DNA of 248,000 bases, from the NCBI GenBank assembly GCA_009859145.1, contig VRVR01000022.1, positions 20,001 through 268,000 on the forward strand. The letters are read 5' to 3'. Every line of letters begins with the position of its first letter. Position 1 is the first letter of the stretch. Position numbers and translations under genes: made by a program. The notes under the pieces were generated by a model. It did no database searches and had not been told where the DNA came from. It saw nothing but the letters and a program-made list of their open reading frames with translations. This stretch comes from Andalucia godoyi And28 (taxonomy: Eukaryota > Protista > Jakobida). Shown piece by piece: positions 1 through 10,823 of the stretch.

Positions 1-1849
1 TCCCCGGGACATCGTCCATGTCGGTCGTGTAATAGCCGATTCCGACAGGCTGGCAGACACCTTCGTCGCCCACGGGACCAGCAGAAACGCAGCAGTATCC
101 GAGCGGGCACAGGTTGTCAGGCGACCAGCACGGGTTGCTGTCTCGCAGCGACACCTTCCTCAGTGCATTTTTTGAGGTCTGCAAGAGACTGACGGAAGAC
201 GGTGCGTACGGGTTGGAGAACCACAGAGCACGTCCAGAGACCCCGGAGTCCTGCACGACGGTGGGATACACGAGGCTCGAGACGGTCTTCAGAACCTCGG
301 TCTCGGACTGCGGATGAAGCGTGGCTTCAGCAGGGCACGATTGGATGCTGCTGGCGGTCTTGCAATTGAAATTTCGGAACCGGATCAGCGTCTTTGCCTC
401 CACGGACAGCGTTGCTCGACAGAGAGCCAGCGGACGCATGCTCCACTGCGAGCTGCTTTCGAGCACAGATGCAGCAGCACCCCCAGGAGACGTCAGGGAT
501 GTCGCCACGGTCTGCAGAATCCGTGCACTGTCGGACAGCAGTCCATTCAGGCATGCTTGGATTTGCGACACGTTTCCAGGACTGGTGGCCGCCGGGAGAA
601 GACCAGACAGCGCATGCAAAGTGGAGTTCCAAGTCGCCACGCTCTGCAGCGATCGAGTTGTCGTGAGCTCAGAGATGTACGAACAGGCGGCTGCGCTTCC
701 GCCGATTCCGCAGTTATTTTCCAGTGCGAGTGCCTCGGAAATGAGCGAGTCCGCAGCGAAACTCCGAGAAACGGTCGTCACAACCGACCCGAAGAGCAAG
801 AACGTGGATTCAAAGACGTCTGTGAGCACTTGCACGTCGGCTGCGCTGCGCGACGATCCAAGCTGGAGATGCAACGATGCCAAGGATGCGAACACGCCGG
901 AAACGTTTCCTAGAACAGCGGATGGGACCGCACGCACGGTCTTCAGCTGCTCGAGCGTCCAAGACGGGGAAGAGGAGGATGCGCCAAGAACGGTTTGCGT
1001 CACAGAATGCAGCAAGCTCACATTTTGAAAACTGGACTGAACGGAAGAAAGAAGAGAGGTCGCAGCGGAGCAATAGGAGGCATCGCAGGACGCCAGGACT
1101 CGCGAGGTCATGGAACTGGAAACGAACGGAGGAGGGACGAGATGCGAAGAGCCCATCATGGTCACCAGGTGCAACAAATTCGCGCGCGCATCGTCCATCA
1201 ACGCCCGTTCTCGCAGTCGGATCTGCTCCATCCCTTCCTGCCGGTACTCCGCGGTTTGGTTGAGGAACAAGCCCTCCCGTTTCGAAGCGAGGTGCCCAAT
1301 GTCGCCGAACAGTCGAATCGCCTCGATCTCAAACGCGGTCGCATTGGCAAAGTCCAGCAATGCTGCTTTCAACGTCGATGGGAGAGAAACATCGGAGAAT
1401 CTCGGCGAAACGCTGGAGCACGCACCGGTGGTGTAACTCAGACAAGAAGATAGCGGACCGGTGGCATTCATGGCGAGCCTGCTGTCGAACTCGGTGGCAT
1501 TCCAGCTTGGAACGGCGGCATAGCAGTCTTGGAACGGGTCCCACGACCCAATGTACGAAGCATTCGAGTTGCTGTACAACGAACCCACAGAAGATCGCAG
1601 CATTTGCCACGACGGATTCTCGTACTCGAATGCATCTTTGGAGCACAAAACGGAGTCACCCGGCCCTGCAAGGACCGTGGATCCCAGACTCGGCGACCCA
1701 TAATACGGGGTGAACAGTTTGGAAAACGCAGATGAAACGGCAATGGCATGGGCGGCATACTGAAGTGGATCCGCAGCCAAAACAATCATCGACGCACCCC
1801 AGACTGCCACAATGGTCCACACAAGCGCCCAGAAGCAGCAGCACCGCAT
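1..1849 (-). CDS. partial secreted/surface protein with Cys-rich repeat, runs off the left edge
   Basis: Manual translation of several stretches shows an open frame from ATG 1849 (hydrophobic N-terminus MRCCCFWALVWTIVAVWG) toward base 1, ending ...LCPLGYCC...CQPVGIGYY. Not in the ORF track, probably because its stop lies outside the window. Confidence 0.5.
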   Translation of the reverse strand, partial: MRCCCFWALVWTIVAVWGASMIVLAADPLQYAAHAIAVSSAFSKLFTPYYGSPSLGSTVLAGPGDSVLCSKDAFEYENPSWQMLRSSVGSLYSNSNASYIGSWDPFQDCYAAVPSWNATEFDSRLAMNATGPLSSCLSYTTGACSSVSPRFSDVSLPSTLKAALLDFANATAFEIEAIRLFGDIGHLASKREGLFLNQTAEYRQEGMEQIRLRERALMDDARANLLHLVTMMGSSHLVPPPFVSSSMTSRVLASCDASYCSAATSLLSSVQSSFQNVSLLHSVTQTVLGASSSSPSWTLEQLKTVRAVPSAVLGNVSGVFASLASLHLQLGSSRSAADVQVLTDVFESTFLLFGSVVTTVSRSFAADSLISEALALENNCGIGGSAAACSYISELTTTRSLQSVATWNSTLHALSGLLPAATSPGNVSQIQACLNGLLSDSARILQTVATSLTSPGGAAASVLESSSQWSMRPLALCRATLSVEAKTLIRFRNFNCKTASSIQSCPAEATLHPQSETEVLKTVSSLVYPTVVQDSGVSGRALWFSNPYAPSSVSLLQTSKNALRKVSLRDSNPCWSPDNLCPLGYCCVSAGPVGDEGVCQPVGIGYYTTDMDDVPG

Positions 1850-2133
1850 CCCCATTCCTGCAAAACGACACGGCAGGACTCTTATGGCGTATTTACTATT
1901 ATCTTCTTTGGAAAAGAAAGATGGTGGGGAAAAGCACGCTCATCTGCAACTGGGCCCTCTGCAGAGTTTAGATTTCAGACTGTAGACTGCAACCGAGGAG
2001 ACCAGGAAAAGGATCCAACTCAATGCGGAACCATCACGCGAAAGAAAAGGAAACTATCGCCTGTCGGGGAAACAATTCCCAAATCGGGACAGACAGGCGA
2101 CATTTAAAAAATAAAAACCTGCACTATTCTACT

Positions 2134-4779
2134 CTACGGCTGATGCGCAAAATACGCTTCACGAAAGGCAGCGTCGATGGATGCGCGGTGTTCTTCGTAA
2201 AACTTTGATTGTCGAAGCAGTTTGATGCGATTCACACACGTCTTCCTGTGCTCCTTCCAATGGTTCTGCTGGCAACCCTTGGAACAATAGAAACACACCA
2301 CACATTTTCCGCATACCCGCAACGGAACATCCGTCTCGGTGCACTCTGGATTGGCGCATCGCAAATTCAAGAACGATTTCAAAAGCGACCAAAACTTCGA
2401 CGACGCCATTTCACCCGAGGCATCCGGCTCCGACAGAGGCGGAAAGCTGAAAGACTTGTACGCACGCAACGCGTCTTCCGTCGAGACAAATCCGTCCGGA
2501 GAAAGCATCTGCGTGATCGGGTGGAATGGATTGTCTTCGGGTACGCACATGGGTGCAGTCTGGGTCGCAATGCCGCTCTGTTCCGTCGCAGTCGACCATG
2601 CAGACAGCGGTGGAGACACGCTCATGGACGATGGCCCAGGAGTAGCCAGTGCGACAACACCAGAAACTGAACTGCTACTACCACCACCGACAGGAACAGG
2701 GACATCCAACAATGCTGCTGCTGCTGCTGCCGACGACCCGACAGATGCAGAAGACCCGGAAGGAGCGGTCCCGCTCAATGGAAGCGATTGACGAAGTGTG
2801 TGTTCGCCGACATTCTTCAATCCGAACAAACGAAGTTTGTTGGACGAAACGACTTGCACCGACAAACCATGGTAGAGCAAGACATCCGCAACTCGCTGCG
2901 CTTGGGTCAAGGGCGTCTGCGACGCAGGATCCTGCGATTGGCTGAGCTTCACAATAACGGGCGATTTGAGACAAAACTCTTGGTCGAACCAGGCGGGATT
3001 CATGCTGTCCAAAATGCGAATTTCCTTTTTGCCCGCCAAGTCAAAGTCGGCGTGCCACAGCCGCGTAAAATCCGATGTCTCTGCGTGCTCCGGCCAGCTG
3101 AGCTGATCAAGGTGGAAATAGATCATGTCTGCCGCCGGCTTCACAGGCGTCAGCACAGGAGCGCTTCCCACAGCATACCTGGGAAAGACCAGCCTCGGAT
3201 ACTGCCAGGGGCACTCGGAATAGCCGTCCCACCCGCCGCTTCGCATTCTCTTCATGATCCCGAGCAAGGCTTCGTACGGCTTCCGCAAGCTCGCAGAATT
3301 AACCACAGAGCTGTTGTTCAGACCCCTGTCGAGCGCCAGTCGCGTGTCGTGGCAGTCAGCAAGCTTGTACGCCAGCTCATAGGTCTTTGCATACTCGAAG
3401 AACTGCCCCAGGATTCCATGAACGTGCGCCTTCACGACCAGGAGTTCCGTGAGCTTCGGCTCGATCGACAGCATAGCCTTGCACAACTGGAGGCACTCCA
3501 GTCCCGCTTCAAAGGAGGAAAACGCTGGAGGTGCTCCCTCCAGCACCCCTGCTCTGTGAAAGAGATCGTTCCGCATCCCCATGAACCTCGACATGAGAGC
3601 CTCGCGATCCGTTGGATTCGCCTCGAGCTGCAGATTGCCCAGCACCGAGGTTTCCAGCATCCGCAGAATGGTCTTGATCAGCGCCACCTCCGTGTGCTTT
3701 GAAATATCCTCGGCACGATACTTGTGGGAGTAGTAGGGCGAGTCGTGGATGTATCGCGTCTGGATGCATCTCCTGCATAGCGGTGTCTCCTCGATGATCG
3801 TCGACTCGTAGAACAGAGTGTCCTCCAGATACTCCTGGCAGCACATGCAAAAATGCCTGAAGCTCTTCCGCTTCGAATCCCACACCGTGAATGGCACAGG
3901 CAAATGCCGGGTGGCTTCCACCTGCACTTGCAGTTGGTCGGACTCTTGTTGTGAAATTGCTGGCGTTGGCGTGCGACCAAATTTTGCAGTCATGATGGGA
4001 TGCATGGGCACCCACAGCATCGGATGCGGGCCGTACAGCTTGGTCAGTTTGAGCGCGTGTGCCAGTTGCGCAGATTTTAGGTTCGCCTTCACGGCCGCCA
4101 GCGTCTCAAACTTGGACGGATCGCGGTGCGACGGATGATTTTCCACGCCTTGCTGGTACGACATCATCCCCAGCCGTTGGTCGTAGAAATACAGCAAATG
4201 CCGAGGAATCACCCATTCTTCGAGCTGGACAATATTTTCTATCTTCTGCACAAAAAACTCCTTGATCAGTCGGATGTACTCTGCAGACTGCGACGGCAAC
4301 TCCTTCTTGGAAGTCGTTTTCAGCGTCGCCGAAGGTTCCGCAAGGTACAAGCACTTGATCTGGAGCAGCTCGAAGTCGGGAGACGTGACAGACAGTGCCA
4401 CGGACTCCGGATCCCAGAACCCGTTTTTTGACAGTTCCTCCAGAATCGACGCATGCGTCACGAAATCCAGAGCCGCTTTGCGCTGCTTGGGCGATCGCTG
4501 ATGCCACATCAGCCCCAGTGTGTTGGTGCAAATGGGTGAAAACGTCGGATGCACACAGTTGAAAGCGAGGCATTCGCTGGATGTCGCTGTGCTTGCGAGA
4601 GAGTACGGCTGCGGCGGTGGCATTACCAGCGATTCCTCGAATGCACGTGTGCTCGCGCTCGCCTTGGGGGACGGTGACGACAACGGTGCCGACTGGGCTG
4701 GTTGGACTGGTTGGGCCGGTGCGGGCCCAGGAGCGGACGAAGCGCTGCCATGCTTTTTGGCTTTTCCTTTCTTTGTCAT
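2134..4779 (-). CDS. MYND zinc-finger protein
   Basis: C-terminal CANPEC..CGKC..YCSKGCQQNHWKEHRKTC; long ORF. Confidence 0.75.
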   Translation of the reverse strand: MTKKGKAKKHGSASSAPGPAPAQPVQPAQSAPLSSPSPKASASTRAFEESLVMPPPQPYSLASTATSSECLAFNCVHPTFSPICTNTLGLMWHQRSPKQRKAALDFVTHASILEELSKNGFWDPESVALSVTSPDFELLQIKCLYLAEPSATLKTTSKKELPSQSAEYIRLIKEFFVQKIENIVQLEEWVIPRHLLYFYDQRLGMMSYQQGVENHPSHRDPSKFETLAAVKANLKSAQLAHALKLTKLYGPHPMLWVPMHPIMTAKFGRTPTPAISQQESDQLQVQVEATRHLPVPFTVWDSKRKSFRHFCMCCQEYLEDTLFYESTIIEETPLCRRCIQTRYIHDSPYYSHKYRAEDISKHTEVALIKTILRMLETSVLGNLQLEANPTDREALMSRFMGMRNDLFHRAGVLEGAPPAFSSFEAGLECLQLCKAMLSIEPKLTELLVVKAHVHGILGQFFEYAKTYELAYKLADCHDTRLALDRGLNNSSVVNSASLRKPYEALLGIMKRMRSGGWDGYSECPWQYPRLVFPRYAVGSAPVLTPVKPAADMIYFHLDQLSWPEHAETSDFTRLWHADFDLAGKKEIRILDSMNPAWFDQEFCLKSPVIVKLSQSQDPASQTPLTQAQRVADVLLYHGLSVQVVSSNKLRLFGLKNVGEHTLRQSLPLSGTAPSGSSASVGSSAAAAAALLDVPVPVGGGSSSSVSGVVALATPGPSSMSVSPPLSAWSTATEQSGIATQTAPMCVPEDNPFHPITQMLSPDGFVSTEDALRAYKSFSFPPLSEPDASGEMASSKFWSLLKSFLNLRCANPECTETDVPLRVCGKCVVCFYCSKGCQQNHWKEHRKTCVNRIKLLRQSKFYEEHRASIDAAFREAYFAHQP

Positions 4780-5172
4780 GAAATCGGTCGATGGCTGTGT
4801 TTGGTGTTGGTGGTCGATCAAGGATGCTCTGTCGTGGAGAATGCTTCGCCAATCACGAGGCATTCAGAAGAATTTGTCCTTGCAACATGAGTGGATTTAT
4901 GGTGTGTTCGTACAGCGGGTGAGGGGCAGTAGTACACTTTTGCAGGGAGGGCGGCAGCTGATATATTTTTATGTCCAATGCGCAGCATACCAACACCGCA
5001 CACGCCTCTGGTAATAAGCCAACGATATAACAGAGACAGAGACAGAGAGACAGAGACAGAGACAGAGAGACAGAGACAGAGACAGAGACAGAGAGGCGGA
5101 AAACATGAAGGCGAGTGAATAAATAAATAAATAAAAATAGAAAAACGGAAAACAAAACATTGAGCACAAAGG

Positions 5173-6972
5173 TCACGCTTGCGGAGTGAGCCTCGAGGTC
5201 AAAAGCGCAATTATTCCATCCCGATGTGCCAACTGTGCTTCAAGACTCGCAATTTTGGACGCCGCAATCTGCAAGATCTGCATCTGCTCAATCCACGCTT
5301 TGACCAGCGTTACATTCGGCACAGAATATGCGAACACGTCGTTGCCATTCGCGTCGGGCTGAAGATCCCAAAACAGCAAGATACCCGCGGCAGTGCTGCT
5401 GCTGCTGTCCTGCACAATCATCCAGCTTCCCCTTTCTGATAACGTTCCGACACAAGCGTCCGCAACATCAAACACAAACAACCCGCCTCTCGACGACGCC
5501 AGACAAACTGAGCTATTCCAGAGCGCAGCGTCGATCCACAGCGCGCCTTGCACGTTCTGGCACACGGTGCACATTAGCGCACCCAACTCAATGTCGTATA
5601 TATTCACTTTTCCGTCGACGGCTGTGGATGCGACAAGTCCCCTGGACTTGCCCTTGCTGAAAAACACCTTCTGAACCGACATGGTGTGGTTCACGCACAC
5701 GTGCTTGCACTCTCCGGACTGAATATCCCATATCCGCAGCGAGTAGTCGTCGGACACGCTGACCACGAGATTTCCATCCGGCGAGAACTTCGAATCAAAG
5801 ATGAAGGACGTGTGTCCCGAGAACCGTCGCAGCAGAACCCCGGTCAGCGCATCCCACAGACCGATGAACAGCGCGGGAGCCTCCATTCCCAGCGCAAGCA
5901 CACGTCCATCTGGGCAGAAAAACAAGTCAAACATCGTGTAGGACACCGCGCGAAGCGAATGCACGGGGCCCGATGCTGTGGACAGCGGGTCGAAAAACTT
6001 CACCGCGCCTTCGTCAGGACATGAGATCGACAACAGCTGCGCATCTCGAGAGAACGTGGGTCGATCAATCCACGAAAACTGGGACGCCTGGAAGGACGCA
6101 AAGGGCGCACTCAGCAGATTTTCGCTGTCTGCGGAGCCAGTGGAGTTGGAAGGAGTATACAGCTGGACCACTCCTGCGAGAGTGCCGACTGCGAGTATGG
6201 AGCACGCTCCAACCGTCGGTGAGAATGAAATCGACGAAATCACGGTTCCCGGACATGCAGGATATGCGACACATGTGACGGGGCTTCGCGATCGTGGAGA
6301 AACGGAGCTCGCAATCGTCGTCGTCGTCGTCGTCGTCGTCGCACCAGCACCAGCACCAGCACCAGCAATAGGGTTCGAGGGACTGGTGTTTCCAGCGCAG
6401 TGTGCGGTCGGAGAGGTAGAGGAGCTCGAATGCGAGTCTTCGCGGTCGGTTGTCTTTGGCTCGGCGATGACGAGTTCAGACCCCGAGTTTGATTTTGGAG
6501 ACGTCGAAAACCCAGAAGGCGACATAGAGATCGAAGTCGAGGTTGTCCCCGATGAGGAGGACGATGACGAGAAGGACGCCAGCGAAGCAGCAGTGGACGA
6601 TGTGTTGGTGCTGCCAGAATAGAACACCATGGCTAGCGACTGTGATTGCGCAGACGGATTGGAGAATGGATTGGACGGACTTCGCGGAAGAAGCGGTGTG
6701 AATAGCCGCAGCGACCCGTCTCGGAACCCCGCTGCAACTTGCCCACCGTCGCGAATGGTAATGCAAGTAACGGCTGACGAAATAAAGTTCTCGGGTGGAT
6801 GCGGGGGCTGGTGGATCGCCTGGAGACTCGACATCGGGATGCTGATTCGATACACGGATATACCTGAACCGGTGTGAAGAACCGAAAACGCCGGCGTTTT
6901 TGAATGAGAATTCGGCGACAATGCAAAAAGCTCAGTGAGCACCGAACGCAAGAGAATGGCGGAAAGCACCAT
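5173..6972 (-). CDS. WD40-repeat protein
   Basis: GHTSFIFDSKFSPDG..SVSDDYSLRIWD repeats. Confidence 0.75.
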   Translation of the reverse strand: MVLSAILLRSVLTELFALSPNSHSKTPAFSVLHTGSGISVYRISIPMSSLQAIHQPPHPPENFISSAVTCITIRDGGQVAAGFRDGSLRLFTPLLPRSPSNPFSNPSAQSQSLAMVFYSGSTNTSSTAASLASFSSSSSSSGTTSTSISMSPSGFSTSPKSNSGSELVIAEPKTTDREDSHSSSSTSPTAHCAGNTSPSNPIAGAGAGAGATTTTTTTTIASSVSPRSRSPVTCVAYPACPGTVISSISFSPTVGACSILAVGTLAGVVQLYTPSNSTGSADSENLLSAPFASFQASQFSWIDRPTFSRDAQLLSISCPDEGAVKFFDPLSTASGPVHSLRAVSYTMFDLFFCPDGRVLALGMEAPALFIGLWDALTGVLLRRFSGHTSFIFDSKFSPDGNLVVSVSDDYSLRIWDIQSGECKHVCVNHTMSVQKVFFSKGKSRGLVASTAVDGKVNIYDIELGALMCTVCQNVQGALWIDAALWNSSVCLASSRGGLFVFDVADACVGTLSERGSWMIVQDSSSSTAAGILLFWDLQPDANGNDVFAYSVPNVTLVKAWIEQMQILQIAASKIASLEAQLAHRDGIIALLTSRLTPQA

Positions 6973-7613
6973 GTTTAATTGCTGGAGCAGCCAGACAAAT
7001 CAAGACACTACAATACTCTATCTTCTACACTCTATGCTGATTTTCGTAGTTTAAATGTTTTAAACAAAACAAGAACCGAAAACAAAAAAACAGGTGATAA
7101 CTGGTCGAGGCGGCAATCGACTGGCAGCAACGGAAGAAAGCAAAACAAAAAGGTTCGGCATGGAATGTCCCAGAATGTGGAAAATAGTCGAGGGAAGCAG
7201 CACGATGTGAACCGGCGGAGCATTTGGGGCAGCACTGGTAGGACGGTGGAAAAAACCCGCAACGGAGCATCGCCCTGCAAATGGAAGGATTGACCTGCTG
7301 TGATGTCGGAACAATCCAGCAAAGCGACGGAGAGACAAAGGCTGCGGGTAATCGTCAAGTCGTAAGTAGGTGATGGGTGATGGGTGGTGGGTGATGGGTG
7401 ATGGAGGTCGTCCTGTGGCTTTGGGCAGCTGTCTCACATCGACGGGAACGACACGTAGCACAGTCTTCCAGATCGCAGAGAAGAAGAAGCCAGCAGGACA
7501 TCGACACGCTTCACAAGCAAAAAAGGTTAAAGAGCTGAGAGGTCCATCCACACACAGCGAAAGTTTAATGATCATTTACAATGCAAAAGATCCCGCAGTG
7601 CTTCACACGAAAA

Positions 7614-7614
<1 letters not shown>

Positions 7615-7660
<46 letters not shown>

Positions 7661-7710
7661 CACACACATGCACACACACACACACACACATGCACACACA
7701 TGTACATGCA
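7615..7710. repeat. (CA)n microsatellite
   Basis: direct sequence. Confidence 0.9.
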
Positions 7711-7834
7711 CACCTGCTCTTGATGGATGGAGAACGAGTTGGGTGCATCAATCGCAATTTTCAAACTCCGCCAGTGCTTTCTGTCGGCCAACGAAACAAT
7801 CCTATCACCGTCTCCCCGCTCCTTGCCCGATGGC

Positions 7835-8344
7835 TCAAGCAAAGGCCTGCAAGAATTCCTTTGCGACTACACGTGCTCGTCCGTTGACAGCAAGCTTCAT
7901 TTCCTTGATTTCCTTGTCGATTTCCTCGACGAACTGGATGATAAAGTCGACGATCTTGTTTCGGACCATTTGTTCGAGGTGGAAATTCGTGATGAGGATC
8001 GAGATGTCGTACCCTTGGATTGGCTTTCTGCGCAAAACCACAAAGTTTTCTGCGCGCTGCTGCAAAAAGCGCATAAACTTCGCAGCGAGAATGACTTCCA
8101 CGTCGTCGGACTTCTTCACCGCGATCGAAACTCGCACAGAGTTCACCGACGGTTCGATCAGCACTCGCTCGTCACCATCTCGCGCCACGACCAAGGGCCG
8201 CAACAGAAGCTCGGAACACGCAGCCCACTCAATCTCTGGCTTGTTGTGCCGCTCGACGAGAATCGAGGGGAAGTTCGTGATGCTCAGCGCTGCCTCGAGA
8301 GTCGCGCGGATTGCATCATGATACGGCTTGGCGGCTGTCGACAT
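7835..8344 (-). CDS. ARPC4: Arp2/3 complex subunit 4 (p20)
   Basis: [38 protein letters not shown]. Confidence 0.95.
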   Translation of the reverse strand: MSTAAKPYHDAIRATLEAALSITNFPSILVERHNKPEIEWAACSELLLRPLVVARDGDERVLIEPSVNSVRVSIAVKKSDDVEVILAAKFMRFLQQRAENFVVLRRKPIQGYDISILITNFHLEQMVRNKIVDFIIQFVEEIDKEIKEMKLAVNGRARVVAKEFLQAFA

Positions 8345-8749
8345 ATTTCCGATCTTTCAAAAAAACCTCCTCTCTACTGTGTTTTTTCTTCTTCTTCTTT
8401 TCTTTTTTTGCAAAAGGAAATAAGAAACAATTCTTTAATTATTATTATTTTGTGGGCGCACGTGTGCGTGTGAGCGAGTGTGTCGACAAGGCCTGTTGGG
8501 AACGAAGTCCGTATCACGCAAGCGTAAACATGCCATGCAGGACACGTACAGCGGTTTTCTTCCACTGCAGTTTTTTCGAAGCTCCGTTCCTAACCGCTGC
8601 AAACACCACTTCCGACGTCCGATTGTTCTCTCCGTTTAACTCGATTTATAAAAAAACAGAACACAACGCAGAAACATTCGCACACACGAGGAAAGCAGTA
8701 CAGTGCAATTAATCGTGGAAGCAAAGCAAAAAAGAGAAAGCCTGGGAAT

Positions 8750-9463
8750 ATGGCGAGACGAGCAGCGACGGAGGACCCCGTTGTCCTGTATGACATCTAC
8801 GAGGACTATCTGGACGCAAACATCTCTGCAGACGACATGAAGTACCTTGGCGATCGCGAGGTGTGCCGGTCGCTACTGGAAGTCGGCTACCGATCCCTGG
8901 ACATGGTCTCTCGAGCAGAGTTCAACACAAAGAAGCGCGAACTGCAGACTGCGCTTCAGAAAAAGGCTTCGGGGGTGTCTCTCGATCCGGACCAGGTCGC
9001 GCTGGCGCATTCCGGGGCGCACCTGGAGTCGTTCCCGCTTCTTTCGGCGCTGGCAGACCGAGAAGAGCTCGTGAGAAACGGGCGGCTGTCATGCATCATC
9101 TTCATTCGAGACGTGGACGCGAAGGGCCACGAAGTGTCGGGATACATCGACTACGCACATCGGCTGAAGCAGGAGGATTTTGGACAGTACTTCCACGGAC
9201 ACAAGAAGCTGCTGCCCAAAACCACCGATCTGAGCTTTTTCAACTGGGACACGCAGTCCATGGCACACCAGTCGAGTCCGAACTGGACCGTCGTCGCCGA
9301 AGGTGGCGTCCAGGGGCTCATGTTCAAGCACAAAAAGGATCGAAAAGTCGTTTGCGTCGACCCCAAAACGCCACCGGGCGACAACTCTCGACGCGTCGTC
9401 CTCGAGTCTTCCGAATACATACAGGCTGTCATTTACGACCACGTCACCCGAAGAAAGAATTAG
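8750..9463 (+). CDS. CFAP299: cilia/flagella-associated protein 299 (C4orf22-like)
   Basis: YEDYLD..DMKYLGD, GHEVSGYIDYAHRLK, DLSFFNW, PGDNSRR. Confidence 0.8.
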   Translation: MARRAATEDPVVLYDIYEDYLDANISADDMKYLGDREVCRSLLEVGYRSLDMVSRAEFNTKKRELQTALQKKASGVSLDPDQVALAHSGAHLESFPLLSALADREELVRNGRLSCIIFIRDVDAKGHEVSGYIDYAHRLKQEDFGQYFHGHKKLLPKTTDLSFFNWDTQSMAHQSSPNWTVVAEGGVQGLMFKHKKDRKVVCVDPKTPPGDNSRRVVLESSEYIQAVIYDHVTRRKN

Positions 9464-9761
9464 CACGGGAAGCACGAGGGCAAAGCGCCCTGTCACTCTG
9501 TCAACTGCATCATTAATTTAAAATATTCCCAAAAAATGGGGGAAAAAACACCAGGAAGCGACTGTAACGGCTGTTTACTTTGCCCGCCGAAAAGCACTGA
9601 CGGACTTTTTTTGTGGAAAAGGGAAAAAGCAGCCGAGTGCCGATTTTGGATCGTTGAACGTTTCGATAAGTTGGGCTTTCTCCTTCAGAAGAGTGTTCTG
9701 TAATTATTAGTGAGAATTTCAAGAAAAGAAAAAGAAAAAAAAGAAAAAAAAATAGCGAGAT

Positions 9762-10583
9762 ATGAATTCTGCAATGGACGTTCCAAAGAATGCAGATGAG
9801 CAATTTGCGTATGGATTGCGGATATTGCAGCGAGCATTTTCGCTGAAAACCGAGTCGATGGACGCGGATATGTCGAAGTTCAAATCGATGTTTTCCGAGC
9901 AAAAGGCTGTTGTGTCGTCGCTGGAAGACCGTATTCGATCTCTTGAAGAGGACCTTAGCCTTTCCAATGCGAAGAACAAGCAGCTGATCTCTGAAAAGTC
10001 CGCGCTGATTCAGGAAAATGAAAATCTGCATGCTGCACTCAAGAAGACGCAGCGCGACGCAGCACAACTGAACCAGTTCCGGTCCGTCATCATCTCGTCG
10101 CTTCACGAAACCGACGTTGCAGATGCGGCGTTTGCGAACCCGTCTTCGGGGAGAGGAGCTGCATTGGGAAATTCCTCAGCGACGTTTGGACTGCACTATT
10201 CTCCCGAGTCGCTTGTTTCGCTGTCGGCAACGACGAATCCGTCGCCGCCGACGATGCACGCTGGGAGCTCGCATCACGGCGGCGGCCTTGGAAGTGGTGG
10301 AGCGTCGACTGGCGATTACTCGGGAATGGGCGCATCTGCACACGGGTCGAATGCGTTTGGAAGCGGTGGGGGAGCCGTGGACGGCAAAGAGTTCTTTAGA
10401 CTTGCAAGATCGCGATTGGACTACGCAGCGTTCCAGGAGTTTCTGGGCTTGATCAAAAAGCTGAATAATAGGTCATCGACAAAGGCAGAAACCCTGGGAC
10501 ATGCTCGGTCCATCTTTCTCGGTGCTGGTCACGAGGACCTCTTTTTCCAGTTTGAGAAGCTTCTCGAGAATCATCGGGACTGA
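9762..10583 (+). CDS. coiled-coil protein with At4g15545-like C-terminal domain
   Basis: VDGKEFFRLARSRLDYAAFQEFLGLIKKLN..ETL..ARSIF..EDLFFQFEKLL. Confidence 0.65.
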   Translation: MNSAMDVPKNADEQFAYGLRILQRAFSLKTESMDADMSKFKSMFSEQKAVVSSLEDRIRSLEEDLSLSNAKNKQLISEKSALIQENENLHAALKKTQRDAAQLNQFRSVIISSLHETDVADAAFANPSSGRGAALGNSSATFGLHYSPESLVSLSATTNPSPPTMHAGSSHHGGGLGSGGASTGDYSGMGASAHGSNAFGSGGGAVDGKEFFRLARSRLDYAAFQEFLGLIKKLNNRSSTKAETLGHARSIFLGAGHEDLFFQFEKLLENHRD

Positions 10584-10823
10584 CTGAGTGCTGTATTTTT
10601 TCATATTTTTTCATATTTTTTTATATATTTTTTTCTGGCAGAAAACCGATGCGCAGCATTTTAAAACATTTCGTGTTGAATCTTATTCGTTTGCATAATT
10701 TACATGTTGTGTGGAGATTTCAATAAATTTTCTTTTTTTTTCTTTTTTTTTGCTTCTTCAACAAGGGCATCGCGCACACTCGGTCTGGCCGTCGGAAAAA
10801 CAAAACAGAATGCTTCCTCTTTC

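Noticed and set aside
7370-7887. His-Thr, Arg-Glu and Val-Cys repeat ORFs here and at other microsatellites
   Set aside because: Translation artefacts of (CA)n and (GA)n tracts.
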